Part shown: piece by piece, positions 1-9,621 of the stretch
Numbering within the stretch: position 1 is the first letter of the stretch
Layout of the letters: each line of letters starts with the position of its first letter
Assembly: GCA_964601275.1 (NCBI GenBank)
Contig: CAZRMV010000010.1
Location: 70,999-134,998 of the forward strand
Length of the DNA: 64,000 nt
Direction: 5' to 3'
Source of the DNA: an uncultured bacterium
GTDB taxonomy: Bacteria; Krumholzibacteriota; Krumholzibacteriia; JAJRXK01
Notes under the pieces: generated by a model
The model's database searches: none
What the model was told of the DNA's origin: nothing
The model's input: the letters and a program-made list of their open reading frames with translations, nothing else
Program-made: the position numbers and the translations under genes

Positions 1-932
1 GCGGCGGTGACCCCGGGTTTCTTCTCGCGTCTCCATTTCATGTAGTTGCGCCAGACCAGCAGGATGGAGAGGCGTTCGGCGCTGCCCTGTCGTCGTTTGC
101 TGAAGGCGATGGTCTCGCGTTTGTGGTTGGCCTGGCTGTGGCGGATGAGCAGGTCGAGCTCGTTGACCACGAAGAGGGGATTCTGGGGATTGCGGGGTCT
201 TCTGGAGTGGGTGACCTCGTGGCGGACGGGACAGGGGACGGTCCGCAGGGCCGCGGGGTAGCTGCGGTGCTCGTCGCTGCGGACGAGGGCCCGGGAAGCC
301 TTCTGGAGGCAGACCCGCAGGAGCTCTCCCATGTCCTTGCGGATGGCCTGGGGATCGGGCCGTCCCACCTTCTCCTCGATCTGCTTCCGCCGCTTCTTCT
401 GGTAGGAGGTCATCCTTCCCTTGCGCCGCAGCTCGCTGTCGGTGTGGTAGAGCCAGAAGCCGGTCTCCGCCTCGACCGCCAGGTGGTGGTGGATGGGGTG
501 GTACTGGCTGTATTCGAAGCTCTCGAAGCCGTCGACGACGAGGGGTCCTTCGGGGGGCCTGCCCTTCCACCGATCCAGATGGAAGAGCATGCAGTGGCGC
601 CCCAGGCGGGCGATGAGGCGGTGGACCGTCTCGGGACTGCAGCCGAGATCCCGGGCGATCTGGCGGGCGCACATGCAGCCGACCAGGCGCATGAAGACCT
701 CCGGCAACCGTTCGGGGCACTTCAACCAGTAGTCCACCCGGAAGGTCTGGGAGGAAAAGGTGCGTCCGCAGGTGAGACACTCGTACCGCTGGATGGGACA
801 CCGGACACCTCGGCGGCGGTAGAAGCCCCGCTTGCGCCAGCGCCAGGAATCCTCGAACTGCTTGTGGTATCGACACTTCGGGTTGGGACAATGGGGAGGC
901 GACCAACCACCGTGGCCTGCCCTGCTCTCCAT
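1..932 (-). CDS. IS1-family transposase, 3' end cut by window edge
   Basis: ATG at 932 corresponds to ATG 63728 of the complete copy. Confidence 0.9.
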   Translation of the reverse strand, partial: MESRAGHGGWSPPHCPNPKCRYHKQFEDSWRWRKRGFYRRRGVRCPIQRYECLTCGRTFSSQTFRVDYWLKCPERLPEVFMRLVGCMCARQIARDLGCSPETVHRLIARLGRHCMLFHLDRWKGRPPEGPLVVDGFESFEYSQYHPIHHHLAVEAETGFWLYHTDSELRRKGRMTSYQKKRRKQIEEKVGRPDPQAIRKDMGELLRVCLQKASRALVRSDEHRSYPAALRTVPCPVRHEVTHSRRPRNPQNPLFVVNELDLLIRHSQANHKRETIAFSKRRQGSAERLSILLVWRNYMKWRREKKPGVTA

Positions 933-984
933 GACCCCAGCTCAACGCACTTCCCGTGCCATGCACATTCTTCGAGGCACAACC
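1..984 (-). mobile_element. IS1-family insertion sequence, copy 1 (left part outside window)
   Basis: Matches 62797..63780 at a constant offset of 62796 (overlapping ORF translations identical); ends in IR CCATGCACATTCTTCGAGGCACAACC at 959..984. Confidence 0.93.
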
Positions 985-1081
985 TTTCAGTTCCGCCTTC
1001 CTGGGCCAGGGGCTACATTCGGCGGGCGTGCCGCAGGGTTGCGCCCCTCAATCTTCGACCGACAGAACAGGAGCGATTGCG

Positions 1082-2995
1082 ATGACAATGTCCACCCGCC
1101 TTCGGGCGATCCTGGGTCTCTTCGTGTTTGTGGTCCTTCTCGTCTCCGCCGGGCAGACGCTGGCGATTCCCGACACCGACCAACGGGAGAAGATTCCCGA
1201 ACAGTACAAGTGGAACGTGAAGGACATCTACCCCGACTTCGACGCCTGGCAGAAGGACTACGATCATCTCGATTCCATGATCGATGAAATCGCCACCATG
1301 AAGGGAACGCTTGCGCAGGGAGCCGATCGCCTGCTCAAGGCCTACAAGATGCGGGATGACCTGGGACAGGTGGCCTACAAGGTGTACTCCTACGTGAGCC
1401 TCCAACACGATCAGGATCTTCGCGACACCGAGATCGATGCCCGTCGGCAGAAAGTGCAGGCGCTGTTCGCCAAGTTGAGCCAGGCGACCTCGTGGTTCGA
1501 GCCCGAGGTGTTGGCCATTCCCTTGGAAACCGTTCGGCAGTGGATGGATGCCAACGAGGATCTCGCGCTCTATCGATTCGCAATCGAAGATCTCTACCGC
1601 CAGCAGGAGCATGTGCTCGATGAAGCCGGCGAAGCCCTCCTGGCCAGGTTCAGCCGATTTGAGAGCAGCCCGCAGGACATCTACGCCATGCTCACCACCG
1701 CGGACATCCAGTGGCCCACCGTGACACTCAGCAACGGAGAGGAACTGGAAGTGACCGCGGGCCAGTACTACGCCCGGATGGAGAGCGAGCGGAACCGGGC
1801 GGACCGTGAGTTGATCTGGCGGGCGTTCCTGGAGACCTTCAACCAGAACATCAACACCTACGCTGCCATCTACAACGCCATCTGCCAGCGAGACTGGGCA
1901 GAAGCGCAAGCCCGGGGCTACGACAGCACCCTGGAGGCGGCGCTGGACGGCAACAACATCCCCACCTCGGTGGTGGAGAATCTGATCGAGGTGGCCAAGG
2001 AGGGGGCGGGTCCCCTGCAGCGCTACTACGACCTGCGCGCCAGGGTCCTGGGCGAGAAGCAGGTGGCGATCTACGACGGCTACGTCTCGCTGGTGCCCAA
2101 CGAGAAGAAGTATCCCTACGACGAAGCCAAGAAGATGGTGCTGCAGTCGGTGAAGGTCTTCGGCGAGGACTACTACAACACCATGAAGAAGGGCTTCGAG
2201 AGCCGGTGGATCGACGTCTACGAGAACGCGGGCAAGCGCAGCGGCGCGTACAGCTCCGGGGTGTACGGCGTGCATCCCTACATGCTGCTGAACTACACCG
2301 ATGGTCTCAGTGACGTGTTCACCCTGGCCCACGAGTTCGGGCACACCATGCACACCGTGTTGGCCAACGAGCACCAGCCGTTCGTGTACAGCGACTATAC
2401 CATCTTCGTGGCCGAGGTCGCTTCCACCCTGAACGAGGGCCTGTTGCTCGACTACTGGCTGGCCCACACCGACGATCCGAACGAGCGGATCAACCTGCTG
2501 CAGCACGCCATCGACCAGATCGCCCTGACCTTCTATCGGCAGACCTGCTTCGCCGACTGGGAATTGCAGGTCCACCGGATGGCCGAGCGCGGTGAGCCCA
2601 TCACCAGTGAGGCTCTCGACAAACTCTATCTCGATCTCCTGCGGCAGTACTACGGTCCGCACACCGACATTCCCGAGCTCTACGGGGCCACCTGGTCGCG
2701 GATTCCCCACTTCTTCCGCACCCCATACTACGTCTACCAGTACGCGACCTGCTTCGCGTCGTCGGCGCAGTTGCTCAGGGGAATCCGCAGCAGCGACCCG
2801 AAGGTGCGCGAGGATGCGGTGAAGCGGCATCTGGCGCTTCTCTCCGCGGGCGGCAGCGATTATCCCATGGAAGAGCTGAAGGCGGCGGGGGTGGATCTCT
2901 CCAGGAAGGAGACCTTCCAGGCGGTCATCGACCAGATGGACCGGCTGGTCACCCAGCTCGAGGCGGAGATCGCCAAGCTCGATCTGAAGAAGTAG
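1082..2995 (+). CDS. pepF: Oligoendopeptidase F (peptidase M3B) with N-terminal signal peptide
   Basis: W(N)VKDIY N-terminal motif, GKRSGAYS, HEFGH zinc motif, FVAEVASTLNE, HFFRTPYYVYQY; ATG 1082 preceded by GGAG. Confidence 0.92.
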   Translation: MTMSTRLRAILGLFVFVVLLVSAGQTLAIPDTDQREKIPEQYKWNVKDIYPDFDAWQKDYDHLDSMIDEIATMKGTLAQGADRLLKAYKMRDDLGQVAYKVYSYVSLQHDQDLRDTEIDARRQKVQALFAKLSQATSWFEPEVLAIPLETVRQWMDANEDLALYRFAIEDLYRQQEHVLDEAGEALLARFSRFESSPQDIYAMLTTADIQWPTVTLSNGEELEVTAGQYYARMESERNRADRELIWRAFLETFNQNINTYAAIYNAICQRDWAEAQARGYDSTLEAALDGNNIPTSVVENLIEVAKEGAGPLQRYYDLRARVLGEKQVAIYDGYVSLVPNEKKYPYDEAKKMVLQSVKVFGEDYYNTMKKGFESRWIDVYENAGKRSGAYSSGVYGVHPYMLLNYTDGLSDVFTLAHEFGHTMHTVLANEHQPFVYSDYTIFVAEVASTLNEGLLLDYWLAHTDDPNERINLLQHAIDQIALTFYRQTCFADWELQVHRMAERGEPITSEALDKLYLDLLRQYYGPHTDIPELYGATWSRIPHFFRTPYYVYQYATCFASSAQLLRGIRSSDPKVREDAVKRHLALLSAGGSDYPMEELKAAGVDLSRKETFQAVIDQMDRLVTQLEAEIAKLDLKK

Positions 2996-3038
2996 GGGTC
3001 AGGCCGGAAAGAGAGCGTGTCCCGGCGTTCGGAACGTC

Positions 3039-3125
3039 TGGTGCCCGGAGGGAGACTCGAACTCCCACGAGGTTTCCCCCACTACGACCTGAACGTAGCG
3101 CGTCTGCCAATTCCGCCATCCGGGC
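3039..3125 (-). tRNA. tRNA-Leu(CAG)
   Basis: GCCCGGA/TCCGGGC acceptor stem, anticodon arm CTACG-TTCAGGT-CGTAG, long variable arm, GTTCGAGTC, encoded CCA; 87 nt. Confidence 0.97.
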
Positions 3126-3169
3126 ACCGGGAGCGGGAAGGAGCCGAAGGTCCTCCCGGCAGGGGACGG

Positions 3170-3198
3170 AGGATAGTCAGGGCCAAAGCGGGTGTCAA
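3170..3198 (-). promoter_or_regulatory. sigma70 promoter for tRNA-Leu
   Basis: TTGACA-17 nt-TATCCT on minus strand, ~45 nt upstream of the tRNA. Confidence 0.7.
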
Positions 3199-3275
3199 GC
3201 GACGGCGCGGCAGACCGTCGTTGCCGCCGGGCCCGGGGTCTGCTAGCTTGGTGGACCGCCACGGGAGAGATCGGC

Positions 3276-3776
3276 ATGGCCGCCAGAAAACGACCCGCCA
3301 AGCCCGAGGGCGATCTCAAGCTCATCGCCCGTAACCGCAAGGCACGCTTCAATTTCGAGCTTCTCGAGCGCTTCGAGGCCGGATTGGTCCTGCTCGGAAG
3401 CGAGGTCAAGAGCCTGCGGGCGGGTCGCTGCAACCTCGGGGACGCCTACGCGGACATCCGGGAAGGGGAGATCTGGCTGCGCAATCTCCACATTTCTCCC
3501 TATGAACAGGCGGGCCGGATGAACCATGATCCCTTACGGCCCCGCAAGCTCCTGATGCATCGGCGGGAGATCCGCCGGCTGAGCGGGAAGGTGGCGGAGA
3601 AGGGACTCACCCTCATCCCGGTGAGTCTCTACTTCAAGAAGGGCAAGGCGAAGTGCGAGCTGGCGCTGGCCAAGGGGAAGAAGGTGTACGACAAGCGGGC
3701 GGCGGCGGCCGACCAGGACGTCAAGAAGAAGATGCGCAACGCCATGCGAGGCGGCATGCGGCGTCGGGAAGACTAG
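3276..3776 (+). CDS. smpB: SsrA-binding protein SmpB
   Basis: NRKARFNF, EAGLVLLGSEVKSLR, RKLLMHRREI, GKKVYDKR. Confidence 0.97.
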   Translation: MAARKRPAKPEGDLKLIARNRKARFNFELLERFEAGLVLLGSEVKSLRAGRCNLGDAYADIREGEIWLRNLHISPYEQAGRMNHDPLRPRKLLMHRREIRRLSGKVAEKGLTLIPVSLYFKKGKAKCELALAKGKKVYDKRAAAADQDVKKKMRNAMRGGMRRRED

Positions 3777-3784
3777 GAGAAGGG

Positions 3785-5410
3785 ATGTTCGTGGGCCGAC
3801 GGTGGAAGTTCGATCGCCGGGAGGTGGAAGGCGGTTCCGGACGCGGCGGCGTCGGCCGGAGGCGGCGGGCGTCCCGGGGCGTCCGAGCTCTCGCCTGGGC
3901 CGGCGTCCTCGTGGCCCTGACCGCGCTTTCGGCCGGGGCGGCCCCAAAGCGTCCCGACGAGTTCCCCGCCCGTTCGGCCAGCATCCGTCCCGGCGATGGC
4001 CGCCCCCCCATGACTGCCACTCTCAAGCAGCTCTCGCCGCCCAACCAGGAGTGGTACATCGCGGGCAGCGACCTGGCCGACGCCCTCCAGGTGGGCCGGT
4101 TCTGGCGGAGCGATGTGCGCAAGCTCGTGCTGCGGGTGGGCCAGAAGCGGATCACCTTCACCGCGGGCGCCCGCTCGGTGGTCATCGGCGAAAAGGCCAT
4201 CCTCCTGCATCTTCCGGTGGTCTTCCACCAGGGAGAGCCGTGGATCCCCCTGGAATTCCTGACCTCGATCCTGCCCCAGCTCACCGAGAAGGAGGTGCGG
4301 TGGGATCCACGGGATTTCGTCCTGCGACTGGGGACGCGACAGACCAATGTCGAAAGACTCGAGTTCCAGCAGGAAGAACTCTCGACCGAACTGCGGGTGC
4401 GGCTGGCTACGCCGCTCGCCTTCCGCGTGGACGACAGTCAGCCCCGTCAACTCGTCTTGAAACTGTACGGCGCCAGGCTCGATCCCGGCGCCCTGACCGT
4501 GCGCGAGCCGCGCGGTTTGATCGAGAGCGTCGAGGCCATCCAGCGCGGAGACCACGCCCTGCTCGTGGTCCACTTGAGCGAACTGGTGAGCCGCTACCAG
4601 TCGCTGAGCCGCGACGACGGCAGGACCATCGTCCTGAAGGTCTTCCAGGAGCCCATCACCACCATTCCCGAGCCGGTGCCCAAGGGGCCCAAGATCGTCC
4701 AGACCCTACCTTCGACCGAGGTGGGCCGGAAGGTGCGGGTGCGCCGGGTCATCATCGATCCCGGTCATGGCGGTGCCGACGACGGCAAGAAGGGCTTGAA
4801 CGGGCTCCTGGAGAAGGACGTCACCCTGGCCATCGCCCGCGAGCTGCGGCGCATCCTCGACGGTCACGACGGGATCGAGGTGCTCCTGACCCGCGACGAT
4901 GACGTGACCATGGGACTGATCGAGCGCACCGAATTCGCGAACCAGCAGCGGGGGGATCTGTTCATCTCCATCCATTGCAACGGCTGGTACGCGCCGGACG
5001 CGCACGGGGTGGAAACCTATTTCCTCTCCCCGGCCAAGAGCGAATGGGACGCCGACGTGGCCAAGGCGGAGAATCTCACCACCGGGGTGGCCGAGGACGT
5101 GGACTTCATCGTCTGGGACCTGGTGCAGAATCTCTACATCCAGGAGAGCGCGACCTTGGCCGAGGCGGTGCAGGAGCGGCTTTCCGGCGACCTGGACCTG
5201 GCCAACCGCGGGGTGAAGCAGGCGGGCTTCAGGGTGCTGGTCGGCGCCTACATGCCCGCCATCCTGGTGGAGACGGCCTTCCTGTCCAATCCGCAGGAAT
5301 CCCGGCTCTTGGCCAGCGGTGATTTCCATCGCCGGGTGGCGCAGGCTTTGGCCTCGGCCATTCTCGACTTCCGCCAGCGGATGGAAGCGGTCCGGGAGGA
5401 GACGCCGTGA
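3785..5410 (+). CDS. N-acetylmuramoyl-L-alanine amidase (Amidase_3) with N-terminal AMIN-like domains
   Basis: IIDPGHGG, EKDVTL, LTRDDD, FISIHCN, PAILVETAFLSN; Arg-rich then hydrophobic N-terminus; exact start uncertain. Confidence 0.9.
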   Translation: MFVGRRWKFDRREVEGGSGRGGVGRRRRASRGVRALAWAGVLVALTALSAGAAPKRPDEFPARSASIRPGDGRPPMTATLKQLSPPNQEWYIAGSDLADALQVGRFWRSDVRKLVLRVGQKRITFTAGARSVVIGEKAILLHLPVVFHQGEPWIPLEFLTSILPQLTEKEVRWDPRDFVLRLGTRQTNVERLEFQQEELSTELRVRLATPLAFRVDDSQPRQLVLKLYGARLDPGALTVREPRGLIESVEAIQRGDHALLVVHLSELVSRYQSLSRDDGRTIVLKVFQEPITTIPEPVPKGPKIVQTLPSTEVGRKVRVRRVIIDPGHGGADDGKKGLNGLLEKDVTLAIARELRRILDGHDGIEVLLTRDDDVTMGLIERTEFANQQRGDLFISIHCNGWYAPDAHGVETYFLSPAKSEWDADVAKAENLTTGVAEDVDFIVWDLVQNLYIQESATLAEAVQERLSGDLDLANRGVKQAGFRVLVGAYMPAILVETAFLSNPQESRLLASGDFHRRVAQALASAILDFRQRMEAVREETP

Positions 5411-5961
5411 AGGTGCCCCGTCGGCTCGTACTCGCTGTGGTGATCATCATCGTGATCGGCGGCGCTTTCGTGGCCCGGAGGATTCTCCACCAGGCTCCCC
5501 CGGAGGAGAATGCCGCGGTGGAGGAGCTGCCCGAGCAGGGAACGCGCAGCGTGACCTTGTTCTTCGGCGATCGAAATGCCGAGGGCTTCGTGGCCGAACG
5601 GCGGACCATCCCCGCCTCGTTGCATCGCGACGACGAAGTGCAGGCGGTGGTCGAAGAGTTGTTGCGCGGTCCCAACAGCCGGCGTGCGGTACGCACCTGG
5701 CCCAAGGGCACCCGGCTGCGCGGGGCGTTCTACGACGAAGACCTCCACCTGATCTATCTCGATTTCAACAGCGCGTTGGTCTCGGGCGACACCGGGGGCA
5801 GCGCGATGGAGACGATGACCCTCGGCGCCTTGCTGCGCACCATCGCGGTCGATTTCCCGGAGGTCATGGCGGTGCAGATCCTCGTCGACGGCCTGGAGGT
5901 GGAGACCCTCCAGGGGCACATCGACTGCACCAAGCCCTTCCGGCCCCGCGACTGGCTATGA
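5407..5961 (+). CDS. GerMN (sporulation/spore germination) domain protein
   Basis: N-terminal TM, VTLFF, ELLRGP, YLDFN, VQILVDG...TLQGH; GTGA overlap with amidase; gerM-like position next to murI-rph. Confidence 0.8.
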   Translation: MKVPRRLVLAVVIIIVIGGAFVARRILHQAPPEENAAVEELPEQGTRSVTLFFGDRNAEGFVAERRTIPASLHRDDEVQAVVEELLRGPNSRRAVRTWPKGTRLRGAFYDEDLHLIYLDFNSALVSGDTGGSAMETMTLGALLRTIAVDFPEVMAVQILVDGLEVETLQGHIDCTKPFRPRDWL

Positions 5962-6803
5962 CCTCCAACCCGGCGCGGCCCGAAGCGGCGCCTTCTTCAT
6001 CCATGGATTCTCGACCCATCGGCGTCTTCGACAGCGGCATCGGCGGACTGACCGTCCTGCACGCTCTTCGCGAGCGTCTGCCCGACGAGAGTTTTCTCTA
6101 CCTGGGCGATACCGCGCGGGTGCCCTACGGCACCAAGGGCGTGGCCACCATCCGCCGTTTCGCCCTGCAGGCGGCACGGTACCTGGAATCGCGCGGGGTG
6201 AAGCGCCTGGTGATCGCTTGCAACACCGCCAGCTCGCATGCCCTCGACCTGCTCCGGAAGGAGTGCTCGGTGCCGGTGGAGGGGGTGGTCGAGCCGGGCG
6301 TCGAGGCGGCCCTTGCGGTCACCCGCGGTCATGTGGGGGTCATCGGAACCCCGGCCACCATCGCCAGCGACCGCTACGGCGAACTGTTGCGCAAGGCCCG
6401 CGGCGACCTGCGGGTGGACAGCCGCCACTGTCCCCTGTTCGTCCCCCTGGCCGAGGAGGGGTGGACCGACGACGCCATCGCCCTCGGCGTGGCCGAGCGT
6501 TACCTGGCCGGCCTGCGGCGCCAGGGAGTCGATACACTGATCCTGGGTTGCACCCACTATCCGCTGCTCAAGGGGGTCATCTCCCAGGTGATGGGCGAGG
6601 GGGTCACCCTCGTCGACTCGGCCCTGGTGCTGGCCGAGGCGGTGGCCGAAGACCTGGAGAAGAACGACGCCCGCGCCGAAGGCCCAGGAAAGGTCGAGCT
6701 GGTGGTCAGCGATCTGCCCCAGCGTTTCCAGGAGATCAGCCGCCGTTTTCTGAGAATGGAGGTGGGCGAGGTCGAGGTGGTCGATCTCGACCTTCCGTCC
6801 TAG
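5958..6803 (+). CDS. murI: Glutamate racemase
   Basis: IGVFDSGIGGLTV, YLGDTARVPYG, IACNTAS, LILGCTHYP. Confidence 0.97.
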   Translation: MTSNPARPEAAPSSSMDSRPIGVFDSGIGGLTVLHALRERLPDESFLYLGDTARVPYGTKGVATIRRFALQAARYLESRGVKRLVIACNTASSHALDLLRKECSVPVEGVVEPGVEAALAVTRGHVGVIGTPATIASDRYGELLRKARGDLRVDSRHCPLFVPLAEEGWTDDAIALGVAERYLAGLRRQGVDTLILGCTHYPLLKGVISQVMGEGVTLVDSALVLAEAVAEDLEKNDARAEGPGKVELVVSDLPQRFQEISRRFLRMEVGEVEVVDLDLPS

Positions 6804-6949
6804 TTTCTCTTGTCTTGATGGAGGCGGAATCTCCGCGATTGGCGGCCGCGCCCGATTCGACCGATCCGGAAAGGTTGCGCAAGCGCCCGTGCCGGAGCTG
6901 ATACGACCGGAGACTGTGCGGGCTTTGCCCGCGTGAAAGGTGGAACCTC

Positions 6950-7696
6950 ATGAGCCGACCCAAGGACCGCAAGACGCACGCATTGCGTCCGGTCAGGATC
7001 ACCCCGAACTACCAGCGTCACGCCGAGGGTTCGGCACTGGTGGAGATGGGGGAGACCAAGGTGCTGTGCGCGGCCTCGATCGCGGCGGGGATTCCCCGCT
7101 GGCGGAGGGAAAGCAGTCTGGGTTGGGTGACCGCGGAGTACGGAATGTTGCCCCGGGCCACCAACGAGCGGACCGACCGCGAGCGGGGAAGGGTGAGCGG
7201 GCGCACCAGCGAGATCCAGCGGCTCATCGGGCGCAGCCTGCGCTCGGTGACCGATCTGAACGTGCTGGGGGAGTTCACCATCACCGTCGACTGCGATGTC
7301 ATCGAGGCCGACGGGGGAACCCGGACCGCCAGCATCACCGGGGGAAGCGTGGCCCTGTGGATCGCCCTGGAGAAGATGCGGCGCAAGCTGCGGTTGAGCC
7401 AGCACCCGATGTTCGATCACGTGGGAGCGGTCAGCGTGGGCATCGTGGGCGGAGAGATCCTGCTCGACCTGGAATACGAGGAGGATTCCATCGCCGAGGT
7501 CGACATGAACGTGGTGATGACCGGCAAGGGGAAGTTCGTGGAGATCCAGGGGACCGCCGAGGGAGAAGGCTCGGCCTTCGACGACGCGCAGCTTCAGGCC
7601 ATGCTGAACCTGGCACGCGGCGGCATCCAGCTTCTGCACGGCCTGCAGGTGCAGGCGTGCGAGATCGCGGCGAAGAGTCTGGATGAAAAGCGGTGA
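6950..7696 (+). CDS. rph: Ribonuclease PH
   Basis: [50 protein letters not shown]. Confidence 0.97.
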   Translation: MSRPKDRKTHALRPVRITPNYQRHAEGSALVEMGETKVLCAASIAAGIPRWRRESSLGWVTAEYGMLPRATNERTDRERGRVSGRTSEIQRLIGRSLRSVTDLNVLGEFTITVDCDVIEADGGTRTASITGGSVALWIALEKMRRKLRLSQHPMFDHVGAVSVGIVGGEILLDLEYEEDSIAEVDMNVVMTGKGKFVEIQGTAEGEGSAFDDAQLQAMLNLARGGIQLLHGLQVQACEIAAKSLDEKR

Positions 7697-7745
7697 GGCC
7701 GGCAGACGGAGGTAAATCGATGTACCGTGGAGCGGAAACGTGCCG

Positions 7746-8384
7746 ATGAGTCCACGCCGGATCCTGGTGCTGGCCACGCGCAACCGCGGCAAGGTGGCCG
7801 AGATGAGCCGCTTGTTCACCGACTTGCCGCTGGACGAGTTGCGGTGCGCCCTGGACTTTCCCGAACTGGAGGAAGTGGTCGAGGACGGGTCGAGCCTGGA
7901 GGAGAACGCGTTCCTGAAGGCGCGATCGACGGCGCAGGCGACCGGCCTGATGTGCATCGCCGACGACACCGGTCTCTTCGTCGACGCGCTGGACGGCGCG
8001 CCGGGCATCCACGCCGCGCGCTACGCCGGCGAGGGCTGCACCTACGAAGACAACTGCCGCAAGCTGCTGCGCGAACTGGAGGGGGTGGCGCCCCCTCGCA
8101 CGGCGCGTTTCGAGACCGCGATGGTCTTCGTCGACCCGGCCGGGGTGGAGCACGTGGTGAAAGGGGTGCTGCAGGGAGAGATCCTCACCGCCCGGCGCGG
8201 CACCGGCGGTTTCGGCTACGATCCGCTCTTCCAGGTCGAGGGCGAGAGCCGTACCCTGGCGGAGATGGCGCTGGAGGAGAAGAACCGGATCTCGCATCGC
8301 GCGCAGGCGGCGGCGGCGATGCATGAGTATCTCAAGGAGTACCTGGCGGAGTATCACCAGGGTTATCCGGGCGGGTTGGCTTGA
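7746..8384 (+). CDS. rdgB: Non-canonical purine NTP pyrophosphatase (RdgB/HAM1)
   Basis: LATRNRGK, ENAFLKA, ADDTGLFVDALDGAPGIHAARYAG, GFGYDPLF, KNRISHR. Confidence 0.95.
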   Translation: MSPRRILVLATRNRGKVAEMSRLFTDLPLDELRCALDFPELEEVVEDGSSLEENAFLKARSTAQATGLMCIADDTGLFVDALDGAPGIHAARYAGEGCTYEDNCRKLLRELEGVAPPRTARFETAMVFVDPAGVEHVVKGVLQGEILTARRGTGGFGYDPLFQVEGESRTLAEMALEEKNRISHRAQAAAAMHEYLKEYLAEYHQGYPGGLA

Positions 8385-8420
8385 TCCAGCCGGCGCCGGA
8401 TTCTCCGCCGAAGAAACGGT

Positions 8421-8497
8421 CGGGGCGTAGCGCAGCCTGGTAGCGCACCTGCTTTGGGAGCAGGGGGCCGCCGGTTCGAATCCGGCCGCCCCGACCA
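8421..8497 (+). tRNA. tRNA-Pro(TGG)
   Basis: CGGGGCG acceptor stem, anticodon arm CCTGC-TTTGGGA-GCAGG, GGTTCGAATCC, CCA; 77 nt. Confidence 0.97.
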
Positions 8498-8603
8498 AAC
8501 CACCCCGTTCTTCCCATCCCTCGACTCGAGCCCTTCCCGGTGCGAACGGTGGCCCGAGGCAAACCCAGCCTGCGGCTCTTGCGCCAGCCTGGATCCGGCT
8601 GCA

Positions 8604-9504
8604 TCCGGATCCCCAGGGCGAAGGCCCCGAAGGCGTCGGGTCCATCCTGGCCGTGGAATTCCTCCGATCGCAGCAGGAGGGTGAAGACGAAACGGACAGG
8701 ATCGCAGGTGAGAGCCAGTCCGGCCTGCACGTCGGCCAACAGGTAGCGCTTGTCCACCCGCAGGCTGTCCTTGAAGGTGTTGCGGCGAGGAAGATGTTGT
8801 GCAGGACCGCACGTAGCTCGACGCCTCCGAAGAGACACCATCCGAACGTGCGGGTGGGAGCAAAGAACTCGGAGCCGGGCAGGCTCGGCCGAATGCGAGG
8901 CGGGCCGTAATCGGAGGGAAGGTCGTTGCCAAGTCGGATGCTTCCTCCCCCGGAGGCCTGGACCAGGACGTTGCCCAGGGCGGCCCACACATGCGGCATG
9001 GCGTCCACCTCCAACCCGAGCGCACACAGCAACGGCAGGTGATCGAGCTTGCGGCCACTGCGCCATTTCATCTCGCGGCTGATCAGCACCGCCAGCTCGT
9101 TCCCCAGTTGATTGGCCCATCCACGGGGCGGCGGTGAGCCCCACTGCACCATAGAGCCAGCCCGCATAGGGTCGATCATCGGGGATGGGGAGGGGATTCT
9201 TGATGCCCTCCGGCGTATGGATGTTTTGTCCGAAGGCGAAGTTGGTCCGCAGGTGTCCGTCCTCGATGAAGTAGGGAAGGGTGCGTGCTCCGGCGGACAC
9301 CCATTTCCAGCCCCGGTCCTTGCGGGTGATGTAGGAGAAACGGAGTCCGCTCGTGTAATGCCGGTCGCTCCGGCCGGTGGTGAAGACGTCATTCTCCCAG
9401 AGGGCGTTCCACACGCCTTTGCCGTCCGCCGATTGGGCCAGCATTGCCGCTGGTGCTCCCAGCAAGGCGATGGCAAACAGAATGATGGGCAAGAGGCGGT
9501 TCAA
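8604..9504 (-). pseudogene. LpxR-family lipid A deacylase, frameshifted and internally deleted
   Basis: WENDVF...DRHYTSGLR, GQNIHTP, DRPYAGWLY in one frame; WANQLGNE, YGPPRIRP, LHNIFL in a second frame; NTFKDS...EEFHGQ back in the first; no stop at the expected end. Confidence 0.75.
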
Positions 9505-9621
9505 GCAGTTCCCCGTTCGGCCCGGAAATCCTCTCTTGAGTTGGGGACCTCCCAGTGGGCAGTGGATGGCGAGGGAAGTCGAGCCTTGGACTCCCACGAT
9601 CGAATCCCGAGTGAGGTTTCC

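Noticed and set aside
123-1085. Long plus-strand ORFs over the IS (123..1085 and 62424..63944)
   Set aside because: Antisense shadows of the transposase in high-GC DNA; no recognisable motifs
3126-3800. tmRNA (ssrA) next to smpB
   Set aside because: No GGGGCTG-type 5' end or tag-peptide/tRNA-like 3' end was recognised in the intergenic gaps
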